A DNA stretch of 39,239 nt from Paraphysomonas bandaiensis. Lineage: Eukaryota; Protista; Chrysophyceae. Position 1 is the stretch's first letter. Each line of letters opens with the position of its first letter. The notes under the pieces are model-generated. The model ran no database searches. It was not told where the DNA came from and worked only from the letters and a program-made list of their open reading frames with translations. Positions 10,408-20,466 of this stretch are shown in pieces. Location of the stretch: NCBI GenBank assembly GCA_965644295.1, contig CBFFRP010000351.1:1-39239 (forward strand), in the 5' to 3' direction. A program made the translations under genes and the position numbers.

Positions 10408-13400
10408 ATGCATCCCTATCAGTGTGCCTTCGTGTGTTTGTGTATTGTCTTCGTGTGTCTTCAGTTCGCGTTGCTGTATCAATGGCGTGAAGTAGAAACC
10501 TTTAATGCGATTGAAATACTTTCAAGAACTCTGTCGATTCAAGTCAATGGGTTGCATTCTGTTAGGTGTCAAGGCGATTTTTTCAATATATCCAAGTATT
10601 GCTATCACATTGCAGAGAATGAAAGCAACTGGAAAGACGCGAAGCGTCATTGCGAGGATATGGGTGGTCATCTCATTCAGATCGAGGATTATTTGGAGCA
10701 GTCCATAGTATCTGAACTTATTTCTACACGAGGATTTCTCGTGCCTTCCTTCATTGGCCTCTTGAAAGATAACAGGAGTGGTGCATGGATTTGGGTTGAT
10801 GATGTAGCCACAGCTAATTACACGAACTGGGCGGGGTTGCACCCCTTGAATGGGTTCTGCGCTGCTGTCGTTGACGCAGGAGACTGGGTGTCCGTTAATT
10901 GTTCCAATAAATTGAGCTACATATGTGAGGTTGATATCTCTCCATTACAACCAGTCAGCTCCCCAGACGAAATCTATCAAGAAGGATACTACCGAGGTGT
11001 TATTCTGCTATCTGCTCTGTGTGGAGTATTTTTGGCGGTCTTCTTATACCTTGACAATGCCGACGTGATGACAGGCCACCACTTGAGGTATAAGAAATCT
11101 AAAGAGAAGCGTTTTCAGAACAAGGTCAAGTCGTCTACAACTATCATTGATGTGGATCCTATATTCCCCTCCCTTTTACATTCTCAGCCATTAGTAAAAG
11201 TGTTTCTGTATGAAATGAATCAAAGTCATCGGTGGGTATCGCTGTTTACTAATTTCAACCCAGAATTCCCTCGTTCCTTACGACTATTATCACTCGGTAC
11301 CTCTGTTTTTACGGCACTATTCTTTATTTCACTCGTGTATAGCTATATTTCTTGCACTGACACTTACTGTGGTACGTACAACACACAGTTACAGTGTATA
11401 GCCGCGGAGGATACATTTTTTCTTGGTGATGCCAAGTGCCAGTGGGATGAAATTAAGTCTGCCTGTTATTCTGATATAGAAACGTATCCCGTCCGATTTA
11501 TCTTTCTGGCCGTGTTTATTTCAGCGTTGCTCAGTGTCCCTGTCTGTGTTGTGGTTGACTGTCTCATTATGGAAGTACTTATAAAACCTGTAGAGGACGA
11601 TGTAGATTGTGATGACTTTGAGGTGGATGATTGCGATAGAGAATGGAAACCTAAGCGTCCAAGCTTTTTTCAAGACATATATCAAAAGGCTCTGACGTCT
11701 CATAAAGTGGGTGCCGAGGAAGACCCAGAAGCTGAAAAGGCATTACATGATATGCTAGTGGGCTTGCTTGAGTATCGTAGCAGTTTATCACCCTTGCAGA
11801 AAGCTGAGCTAGATGCCGCATGGAATCTGGATTTTAATCATGTACAGGAGTATGTATCACATGTCTATACGCCTAGTAATGACCTTACTCCAGCTGTAAT
11901 GGATGCAATTACTCCGGGCGGAGTTAAGGCTTTGCGTGAGAGTATTCGTGCAACACGGACGTCTGCTGCTAGGGTGATATCAATGATGACGCAACTCGAT
12001 CAGTCTAGTCAACGCCGCCGATTGTTGCTTCTCTTGCAGCGTGATTTGCTCCTCGCGTCTAGTGGCATTGCGGCTGTTAAAGTTAGCGACCTTGATCGTA
12101 TATTGACACACACTCTCTCTGTGCCGCAGAGTTGTAAGTTCCTAACTCTTTCATTTATTGCGGCGATAGATATTAGTTTTCTACTTTATTCTTATTCGTT
12201 TACACTTCATCATCCTGCAGATGTACAGAATTCCTGGATATGCAGTATACTGGTGTGGTTTTGCATTGAAATTGTCCTGATTTCTACTCTCGCCATGTTC
12301 TGCAGGTGCATTTTTGTTTCGTCATTGATGTTCAAGACGTGGAGAAACGTGAAGCATCAACTAGCGATTGAAATTAACAAGTACAATTCCTTAATACAAA
12401 ATAACATGGATGTTTATCGTGAGCGCGGTGAACGTGAACGTTCCTCTGCTGCATTTGATGTATGCAAGTACTTATTTGTATCACGACTTGTAGCAGAGGC
12501 ATTTCCGGCATTCCCTGAGAGTATCGTAGTGAAATCTTTTGTATTTGATGACCCTGTTGGAAGCAATCTGCGGAGTATCACTCACTCAACGAGATGGGAC
12601 CATGCGCTTGTCAAAATATGCTATTGGATATCAAATTCTCCAGCATATATATCAGAAAACTTTATTAGATTATTATACGTGTGTATTTTTGGGTATATCG
12701 TTGTATTGTTCACATCTACGCCCCTTGTGAACTTCCAAATATCAGTGGGTGGAGTGCTCTTGTGTGCTACTCTTATTTCCCCATGTGCGTATGTGTGGTT
12801 AAAACGAAAGGGTGATTTGGAGAATTCAATTACAACTACTGAGACAAGAGTGCGACAAAACTCTTACGATGCCGACAGTAACGTCGTAATTGTTGTTCAA
12901 TCTAATACTCCATCGAAGGGACGTGAAATTACTGTTGATGTGATGCGCAGGCATTCTACAGACGTAGAAGACGAAGATGTAATCCTGACTGCACGAAATG
13001 TGGAAGCAACATTCTTTGAAGATTCAAATCATGCGTGTGATCACGAGGAATTGCGATCTCCACATCGATGTGCCACTGAGATGACCATACGTAATTTCAG
13101 TTCTGTAATGGAGAGTGAGTCCTCTGCCAGCGGATTTGGTGAAGATGATGAGGAAATTCAAAGGATGATAGCCTTGCTGGCAGAACGAGATGACAGTGAT
13201 TCTGTTTCGCGTGATATTGATAGTATAGACGCGAGCATCAATCGGGAAAGTGATACGAGTGAAAGCGGAAGTGATTGCTTCGATTATGGGAACCAAAATT
13301 GTACTAGGTTATCTGATCGAATGCTTAAACTTACTGTGGAGACTATGCTTACACGTGACTTAAGTATGGACAGTGCGGATGATGCTCGCTTTCAATCGCC

Positions 13401-13611
13401 AACATCGACTCGAGGTGCCTGCATGAAATTGAGCAGTGAGAGCTGGTCAGAGGAAAATCAAGCGGTTGTGCGCTCTCATGCCTTCTTAAACTCAAAGCTC
13501 TTGGGTGTTGGAAGTGATAGTTTTGTCAGCGTTGATGACCCTGTTATTCGTACTCCCAGAGCGTCCCAAAACGATATGATCCCTATTCCCTCTGAGCAAT
13601 ACCGAATGTGA
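10408..13611 (+). CDS. C-type lectin domain, polycystin-1-like multi-pass membrane protein (about 1067 aa, apparently single exon)
   Basis: Uninterrupted 3.2-kb ORF with first ATG at 10408. N-terminal hydrophobic segment; CTLD (CYHI...WKDAKRHC..MGGHL...FIGL...WIWVD...YTNW...C...W...C...YICE); about 7 further hydrophobic segments including an HRWVSLF...FPRSLRL motif; acidic Ser-rich tail. Confidence 0.85.
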   Translation: MHPYQCAFVCLCIVFVCLQFALLYQWREVETFNAIEILSRTLSIQVNGLHSVRCQGDFFNISKYCYHIAENESNWKDAKRHCEDMGGHLIQIEDYLEQSIVSELISTRGFLVPSFIGLLKDNRSGAWIWVDDVATANYTNWAGLHPLNGFCAAVVDAGDWVSVNCSNKLSYICEVDISPLQPVSSPDEIYQEGYYRGVILLSALCGVFLAVFLYLDNADVMTGHHLRYKKSKEKRFQNKVKSSTTIIDVDPIFPSLLHSQPLVKVFLYEMNQSHRWVSLFTNFNPEFPRSLRLLSLGTSVFTALFFISLVYSYISCTDTYCGTYNTQLQCIAAEDTFFLGDAKCQWDEIKSACYSDIETYPVRFIFLAVFISALLSVPVCVVVDCLIMEVLIKPVEDDVDCDDFEVDDCDREWKPKRPSFFQDIYQKALTSHKVGAEEDPEAEKALHDMLVGLLEYRSSLSPLQKAELDAAWNLDFNHVQEYVSHVYTPSNDLTPAVMDAITPGGVKALRESIRATRTSAARVISMMTQLDQSSQRRRLLLLLQRDLLLASSGIAAVKVSDLDRILTHTLSVPQSCKFLTLSFIAAIDISFLLYSYSFTLHHPADVQNSWICSILVWFCIEIVLISTLAMFCRCIFVSSLMFKTWRNVKHQLAIEINKYNSLIQNNMDVYRERGERERSSAAFDVCKYLFVSRLVAEAFPAFPESIVVKSFVFDDPVGSNLRSITHSTRWDHALVKICYWISNSPAYISENFIRLLYVCIFGYIVVLFTSTPLVNFQISVGGVLLCATLISPCAYVWLKRKGDLENSITTTETRVRQNSYDADSNVVIVVQSNTPSKGREITVDVMRRHSTDVEDEDVILTARNVEATFFEDSNHACDHEELRSPHRCATEMTIRNFSSVMESESSASGFGEDDEEIQRMIALLAERDDSDSVSRDIDSIDASINRESDTSESGSDCFDYGNQNCTRLSDRMLKLTVETMLTRDLSMDSADDARFQSPTSTRGACMKLSSESWSEENQAVVRSHAFLNSKLLGVGSDSFVSVDDPVIRTPRASQNDMIPIPSEQYRM

Positions 13612-14259
13612 ACTCATTGACTACAGATGTTAGAATTTGAGTGTGTTCATGACCATGAATGTGTATATTTTGTACATTCAATTACTGTCCACTCAGTCGA
13701 CATTTGTGCTTAATCGTTTTTGTATTTGTTTCCGTATGCTCCATATATGATAGCTATGTGCTTACGTGAACTGCACTTGCTACCAGATATATTAGTAAGA
13801 CAGTGAAAATGTGGCACACCTACAGCTCCTTGTATAATATATAATCTTTCGTAATAATAGACTTCATAAATACTGTGAAGAGGAACGTTATAACTGAATT
13901 TTGTTTGCCAATGCATAACTTGTGTTTGCTATAAGCATGTATGTTAAGTATTAGAAGGTTTCAAATTATGCGCAGCAGCCATATCTTGGGCCTCATAGTC
14001 TATGATGATCACACCAAACTAGTCAAACCTCGGAAGTTGCTTCCAATCTCCGAAAGAGATAGTGAGTTAGTGAATGTCATATTACTAACAATAGTTGTTT
14101 AAGAGTCAGTGCTTAACCCTGAGATTCTACTATTTAACGCTACGGAGGCTGTGTGTCACCGTAAGCACCAAGGTGCAACCGCTTCTGCTTTAACATTATC
14201 ACTCAAAGCTAACGCAGTGAGCAACAAGCAGAATGTTGATATATACCTGCATAATTCTT

Positions 14260-15168
14260 AACAAAGTCGGACTCGCACCGTTTCGTGGTGTTCTGGGGGA
14301 TAAGTATCGGAGATATTTCTCCGGGAAACTAACGTGAGCCGCATGTATACTTGACAAGTCTTATTATTAGCAATAGGCGTCAATATTAAAATATGGATTA
14401 TATTCTAGTATATTCAGTATGTTGTCGCTACTTGAAGACAATGTACGAGAATACAGTAGAATATATATGGTGATGTACAAATGCTGTGGTGATATTGAGA
14501 AACTGATATTTCAAGATAATATGTTTATTAGTAACGAGAGGTTCACATGTATGTGTAGGACATGATGCGTGGAGAAAAATGAGATTGTGTTGTTTGTCAC
14601 ATTTCGTGTAAACGATATTAATTAATCATTCTATCTAGTCTAACGACAAATTCTCTCTGAGATCTAGTTAAGAATAATGAGCAATTTCCAACAGTGAAGA
14701 CTGTACTAAATAAGTAGCTAGATAAAAGCTAGTCAAGCTAGATGTACAAATTCTCGTATACGATATCCTACTACAGTATATATATATGTATGTAATGCTA
14801 CGAAAGCTGCTTGTGCGTTGCCTCAAGCATCAAGGTGCAACCACACTTCGAGCCGTATACGTATAGTAAAAATATTGTTCTGCCCCCTCATAGCCGAATG
14901 CTTGTGCGATCCAAAGGACACGGATAACTTTTACTTTGCTTGACTTCAACAGTCAGCCCAATATCCCGGGTGCCCTTGTGGTGGGCCCATTCCTGGATGC
15001 CTGTTATTCGTCAAGGCCCAAAGATGCCTATACACACAATCATTTGGCTATGAAGGGGCAGAAAAGTTACCTGCAGACTAAATATGTGGCTCACATTAGT
15101 ATCCCGGAGAAATATCTCCGGCACTTATCCCCCAGAACACCTCGAAAAGGTACGAGTCCGACTTTGTT
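14260..15168. repeat. About 85-bp inverted repeat pair (14260-14344 and 15084-15168)
   Basis: aacaaagtcggactcg...gtgttctgggggataagt..cggagatatttctccggga.actaa.gtgagcc recurs in reverse complement with a few substitutions. Confidence 0.85.
14360..14850 (+). repeat. Dispersed repeat, probably a Copia LTR fragment; other partial copies at about 14125-14195 (+), 20738-20928 (-) and 27545-27838 (-)
   Basis: 14390-14690 aligns by eye with the reverse complement of 27545-27835. The 3' block gctacgaaagctgcttgtgcg...aagcaccaaggtgcaacc recurs at about 14140 and 20745. The 27.5-28.0 kb copy directly follows a copia RNase H end. Confidence 0.65.
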
Positions 15169-15189
15169 GAGGGAATATTACGAACAGTA

Positions 15190-15438
15190 CCTTTTAAAAT
15201 GCTGTACAGAATTTTATAATGAAAGGCCAATCTTCCCACCATTTTTACAGCCATTAAAGGGCGATAAATGGCAATCGTCCTTAATGTTTTCCAAATTCTA
15301 ATTCTAATATTATGTCCATATACCAAAGAGTAAAAAATTGCCAATTAATTGTAAAATTCCATCAAACTATAAAATTGCAATTATTACGTATATTCCATGC
15401 AATTTGATAGTTATTCTATTCATTGCTACGCAGCCCTG
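15190..15438 (-). mobile_element. Partial hAT MITE related to 26679-27442
   Basis: Ends tacgcagccctg, and 15200-15320 is the reverse complement homolog of 26820-26925. Confidence 0.75.
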
Positions 15439-15631
15439 ATTAATAACAATTCCACGGATAATACATTCCCTTCTAGCTTGTTTAATGCGAAACAACATCA
15501 GCGTGTAAGTAATAGGAATTAACTAGTAACAAGTAGTAGAGGAAGAAATGGACTACAAAATTTAAGCATTAAAATGGGCTCTCGACATATCTAAACAAAT
15601 AGCTGCCACACACTAAAAACAAAAAAGAAAT

Positions 15632-17935
15632 CTAGCTCTTGTGTTCGGCGGCACCATCAAAACTCACACATGTTACTAATCCACAGAGAGCACCAGGTTG
15701 AGGCTTATCTGCTTCATAACCTACAGTGGAGAATAATTCTTCCGGCAAGGCCCCGTAAATCATTCGTAACCTCTTGTCTTTCGATATGCAGTTTTGGCGG
15801 TTCAGCAACTCCAATGCATTTTTCACATCTTTTATGGCGGCCTCATCCCCCACTCTGATTTGCATGGTAGCCGCAAGGGCACAACTGAGTATCACATCTG
15901 GATGTGAGCTTCCCATAGCACTTGCATAGAAACTCGACGCGGTCGTAAACGCATCCTTCGCTTCGACATACAACCCTTGCTTTTCTAAATACTGACCTAA
16001 TCGCAGCCATAAACTAGCAAGTTCACTAAAGTTGCAGCCGTATAGGTTCTTGTATCGTATTAGAGACTTCACTATGTGGGCAGATTCATCGAAGGACCCT
16101 TTCGTGGAGTATATGTCAGCGATAGAAAGGAATGTACGACCCATTTCATTATGCAGACTAGACCCACTGGGGTGTCTTGTGCTCTGAAATGACTCCAGCG
16201 CCTCAATGTGCAACTCCAAAGCCTCATCTAGTCTCCCCTGTTTTCCATAGAGTACACCGAGCATGTTTAAGACGACTGCACGCTTGCACGGATCCACCGC
16301 CTTGGAAACAGCGCAGTTGCCGCTAAATATTGTCAGTGTCCTGCTCAACCACTGCTCTAGTTGAGTGTCTTCCACGTCCAATTGCCCCAACACCAAGCAA
16401 CTACTGTAAACGTAATCCACCTGATCTTCTTTCAAGAAACTACTCTCCATCACTTGGTGAAAACGGTCAACGGGGCTTTCGAATCGATCGAGTACGCGTG
16501 CAGCGTGGGCAGATTTTAGCTTACGCCAGAAAACCTGAAAGTTATGATACATATACGCTGGAGTAGACAACAACATGTGTTTATCGGACAAGTAACAAAC
16601 AAGTCGCTCAGCAACTGCTTGAATATGTCTTTCTATATGCTCGACTGGCTTACAGCTATCTTCAGAGTTCGAAAACAGCGAACAAAATATGGACGGGGCG
16701 ATGGCCTCTCGGTGCCGTAGTACTGTCATAGTTATAAATAACTCGTGAAGCACATGCAATTTACACTCTCTATCCACTCCTTCGCCAGACGAAGTCAGCA
16801 AATTTCTAGCTACAAAAATTTCAATTTGTGAATGCAATTCAGCTTTGGTTAATGGACACCACACTAAATGAAGCAGCGATATAGAAAGAGTAGCCCCTGC
16901 AGGCAAAACAGACAAAAGCAGGTAATTACGCTTAGAAATATCATCCAGACAGTCGAACGTCATGTCAAGAGCGGCAAAACAACCGATATGCCTTATGAGG
17001 TCGAAGGGGGCCCAAGGAGCACTATTGTGCCGTGATACCCAACGCATATGTGGAGCAGATGGGCGTAGGTCCTTCATACGCCTATCTAGCAATGCTTTAA
17101 GTTGATACCGCTGTGACATCAAGGGCGCCACTAAACGGGACATTGTATCGACCTCGAGCAGCGTACAGCATGTATTCATCAAAGAGCGAGCTTCTAGTGG
17201 CAACGAAGTGAGTGAGGGAGTTAGATAGGAGTGGCGGTATAGAGCTTGCATAGCTTGTTCTTCAGAGCACTCCTCCATCCTCACCACGCATCCCGGAAAT
17301 TGGCCCTCAGAAAACAGCTCTGGATATCTCGATGTTATGAGAATGACAATTTTCAGGTCACATAGCAAACGAACCAGCCTATCACTCCAGATGTCATCAA
17401 GCACGACCAGAACATGGGAGCTGGACGCTGTTGCTGTATCTAGCACTTCCCGTATCAGACGCAAACTATCATCAAGTTCCAGCATTCCAAATAAAGGGTA
17501 GATTTTATGGGTAAGTTTTGTATATAGCACAGGGGCGATACAGGAATTGCTATGCAAATACCCAAGCAAGTTCTCCGCAAGCATACGTAACAACCCGGCA
17601 AGCTCGTCATCAGTTTTAATCTCTCCAACAGAGGCCCAATATATGCCGCCAGAAAACCAATCTTTCACGTCTGGAATACCTACTACAGTAGAGGCTAAAG
17701 TTGTTTTTCCAGTTCCAGCCATGTTGTTCGGTCCAGCAATGGTCAAAACAGTTCCTGGAGGCGCGGACAAAATCTGCTTCACACATTTTTGGAGAATAAC
17801 GTCATCGGTAATATTCACTTCTTCCCACAGTGGAACATTATGCGCGCTGGGGGAACAGCCACTATCTGACCTTAACACGGCTTTCACTTTTTTACATGGG
17901 AAGTTTGAGGTGGATGGTCCACTTTCACCAACCAT
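15632..17935 (-). CDS. NB-ARC (APAF1-like STAND NTPase) plus TPR repeat protein, NLR-like
   Basis: P-loop MAGTGKTT; FSGGIYWASVG (compare APAF1 FPGGVHWVSVG); Walker B VLVVLDDIW; sensor I LITSR; winged-helix YLLLSVLP...LVW; MHD-position LHV; C-terminal TPRs (AVVLNMLGVLYGKQGRLDEALELHIEAL). First ATG at 17935; an upstream exon cannot be excluded. Confidence 0.88.
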   Translation of the reverse strand: MVGESGPSTSNFPCKKVKAVLRSDSGCSPSAHNVPLWEEVNITDDVILQKCVKQILSAPPGTVLTIAGPNNMAGTGKTTLASTVVGIPDVKDWFSGGIYWASVGEIKTDDELAGLLRMLAENLLGYLHSNSCIAPVLYTKLTHKIYPLFGMLELDDSLRLIREVLDTATASSSHVLVVLDDIWSDRLVRLLCDLKIVILITSRYPELFSEGQFPGCVVRMEECSEEQAMQALYRHSYLTPSLTSLPLEARSLMNTCCTLLEVDTMSRLVAPLMSQRYQLKALLDRRMKDLRPSAPHMRWVSRHNSAPWAPFDLIRHIGCFAALDMTFDCLDDISKRNYLLLSVLPAGATLSISLLHLVWCPLTKAELHSQIEIFVARNLLTSSGEGVDRECKLHVLHELFITMTVLRHREAIAPSIFCSLFSNSEDSCKPVEHIERHIQAVAERLVCYLSDKHMLLSTPAYMYHNFQVFWRKLKSAHAARVLDRFESPVDRFHQVMESSFLKEDQVDYVYSSCLVLGQLDVEDTQLEQWLSRTLTIFSGNCAVSKAVDPCKRAVVLNMLGVLYGKQGRLDEALELHIEALESFQSTRHPSGSSLHNEMGRTFLSIADIYSTKGSFDESAHIVKSLIRYKNLYGCNFSELASLWLRLGQYLEKQGLYVEAKDAFTTASSFYASAMGSSHPDVILSCALAATMQIRVGDEAAIKDVKNALELLNRQNCISKDKRLRMIYGALPEELFSTVGYEADKPQPGALCGLVTCVSFDGAAEHKS

Positions 17936-18681
17936 CGTCAAAAATTACGTAAAGGAGACAACACGCATCATGCTCTGACAATATTCAAATACGAAAATAT
18001 ACTCGCTATGAAAATATCATCTTATTCTTTTGTTGTCGAAAATTTTAATGTGAACTTGTAGTCTCCTCATTTTATGCCCAATTTTTCATGGATTTCACTT
18101 GAGTGCGATGTTTTTTGCATTTCGATTTCTGTCGGTGGGAATATGTCTTATCCAGCGAAGAAATCCAGGCATTTTGATGCTGTTTTTTGATGACGAATAT
18201 ATTAATACTGTACATATTCCCACTGACAACCGTATACCAGCAACGTATATACAAAATACATACTCCAGTAATACGTAATTTACTTTAGAGTCAATACAGT
18301 CAGTTCGCGTTATGGTGGATGGTGTGTACCATAAGGCCATTCCTTATGACACAACCCACAGTCAGAATTTCCAAAATTTGGGGAAAAATACTCAAAAACC
18401 AATCCTTATGACCAACCCATTCCCAAATCGCTATTGTTTGTATGGGTGATGTTTCCTGCTGTGTAATTCTAACTACACAATCTGGAATCCAATAAAAACT
18501 GGGGTTTCCAATTACACACTTCGTCTCATACCATGTACAGGTAGCTATACCGGTATACCCCTATTGAAAATATATACCATATGGTATGCGGAGTTCGTCA
18601 CGCTGGCCAATTCAACACCTGTCCATGTAGGCTAGATTCCTAATATATAAAGTGTTAATCTCTCGCCATTTGATAGCTTCT
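17936..18681. promoter_or_regulatory. Putative bidirectional promoter region between the NB-ARC-TPR and RING genes
   Basis: About 750 bp separates divergent start codons. Positional inference only. Confidence 0.4.
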
Positions 18682-20076
18682 ATGGAAAATGTGGCATCGA
18701 ATACACATGAACGAAACGAAATCCCTGCGCCTACTGCTACTCCTAATGATATTGCTACTGCAGATGTGCAATCTGCACTGAATGTATTAAAAGGCGCAGC
18801 TCCCTTTATTATATTGCTGCTTCTGCGGTTCATTTTGGCCTATGCTACCCGCATATTGTTCTTAGCATGTGTGTTTATAGTACAGTATCGTCTACACAAC
18901 GCACTTAATGATGAGGTGTCGCTGAAAGGCTCTGCCAGCAAGAAGGTCGTGTGGACACTATGCATTGTATCTGTGTTGTTTTTACTAAGTGTTGTTCTGT
19001 TTTCTCCTTTTACTTTTAAGTCCTCTCTTTGGCCACGTTTCTTATTATTCCCATTTGAATCAGAGCATGTAGATTTTATAGGCATCGTGTGGCTTACTTG
19101 TCTCACTGATATAAGTGTCCGCATGGCTGTGAATACACTTAAGATGATTTTGTGGTTGACATTGCTTCCCTATGGAGAGCCTGCCGCTCCAACAGTATTA
19201 CTGAGCGCACGAAGTTGTGCTCGTTTTTTTTCTTTCCCCTCAATACTCACCGCTTTGAGTTCGGGTGGAAGTACTATCAGGACACTGCTCTTCTGGAGGC
19301 GGCATCGGGATAGTACGCCTGCGCATTCCCACACGGATGACATAGAGACAGGAGCAGAGGAAGGGTATCAGCACACCCGCAGTACCTCATTAGGTCTGGT
19401 GTCCCGCAGTGTTAGTAGCAGACGGAGAACTTCAGATTCCGAAGGGGATCTGCAAATACTGACCTCAGGACAAGTATATGACTCATCGTCCTTGTGCCCT
19501 GAGCCATTTTCTACCGGCAGTAGACAACGGGAAGTTACAGGATACTTGCGCCTAAAGCGTGCTTTTATGCTTATTGACACCGTCGCCCTCGCTTACAGGA
19601 GTATTCTACCACTTCCGCTCTGGGTGTGCTATTTCTCGCAGGGCCCCGGTGCGGACGTACTACCGGTGGCATACGTATGTGTCAAGCTATTGAACCTGTC
19701 CTTCCATCTGCGTATTTCGGCCGAAGGAATCGGAAATTATTTCGCAGGGAGAACGGTGAGTGCACATTCACACTGATTAGTTTTCATATATAGTTGGTTA
19801 CCTGTGCTGATATGTCTTGCACAGGAGCATGGAACTTACGCGACAGAAGTTGACGTAGAAAGATCCGGATCTTCGTCTTGTAGTATATGCTTTGATCCCT
19901 ATTTACATCCCGTATCACTGCCATGTAGCCACGTATTCTGTGAGCACTGCATATATGAGTGGCTTGACTCGGAAAGCTCGTGTCCGGTATGCAGAGCAGA
20001 CGTCAGAAGTGGTGAGTCGCCAATCAGCTCCTACATAAGAGAGAGTTCTTCCCAATCAGTGCCTATGATTATGTAA
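18682..20076 (+). CDS. RING finger and transmembrane domain E3 ligase (RNFT1/RNFT2-like), 2 exons: 18682-19755 and 19825-20076, about 441 aa
   Basis: Multi-TM N-terminal ORF, then a phase-0 69-nt intron (GTGAG...tgctgat...gcacAG) joining in frame to EHGTYAT and a C3HC4 RING CSICFDPYLHPVSLPCSHVFCEHCIYEWLDSESSCPVCR. Confidence 0.88.
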
Positions 20077-20466
20077 TAAATGCAACCAGAAAATATGATT
20101 GGTATAATTATTACCTTTTACTATCTTCAATGGTAGTATGTAATTTTGTTCGTTAATTGTAATACAGCTCGTATTTAGCATTCGTAGCATATAATTCTGA
20201 CACATTTGTGGACGGCAAAACTATAGCCCTATGTTTGATTCAGGTACGTAAAACCATAAAAAACGAGGGGGGGGGAGGAGGCGAGCCTTTTTACGAATAA
20301 TTGTTAATGAGAAAAGCCCTCTTGGGGATAGAAAAGGCCCCCTTCCCCGTTTTCTTAGTTTGGATGTATTCTAGGAGGTACATTGCGTAATTATAATGGG
20401 AATTATTTTGTTGAGAAATAATTTAGTGGAAGGCCATGTAAAGATTCATCATATGATAATATATAT

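Noticed and set aside
14936-15344. 121-aa and 82-aa ORFs
   Set aside because: They span the junction of an inverted-repeat arm and a hAT MITE fragment; no domain evidence.
17547-17978. 143-aa plus-strand ORF
   Set aside because: Antisense to the NB-ARC gene.
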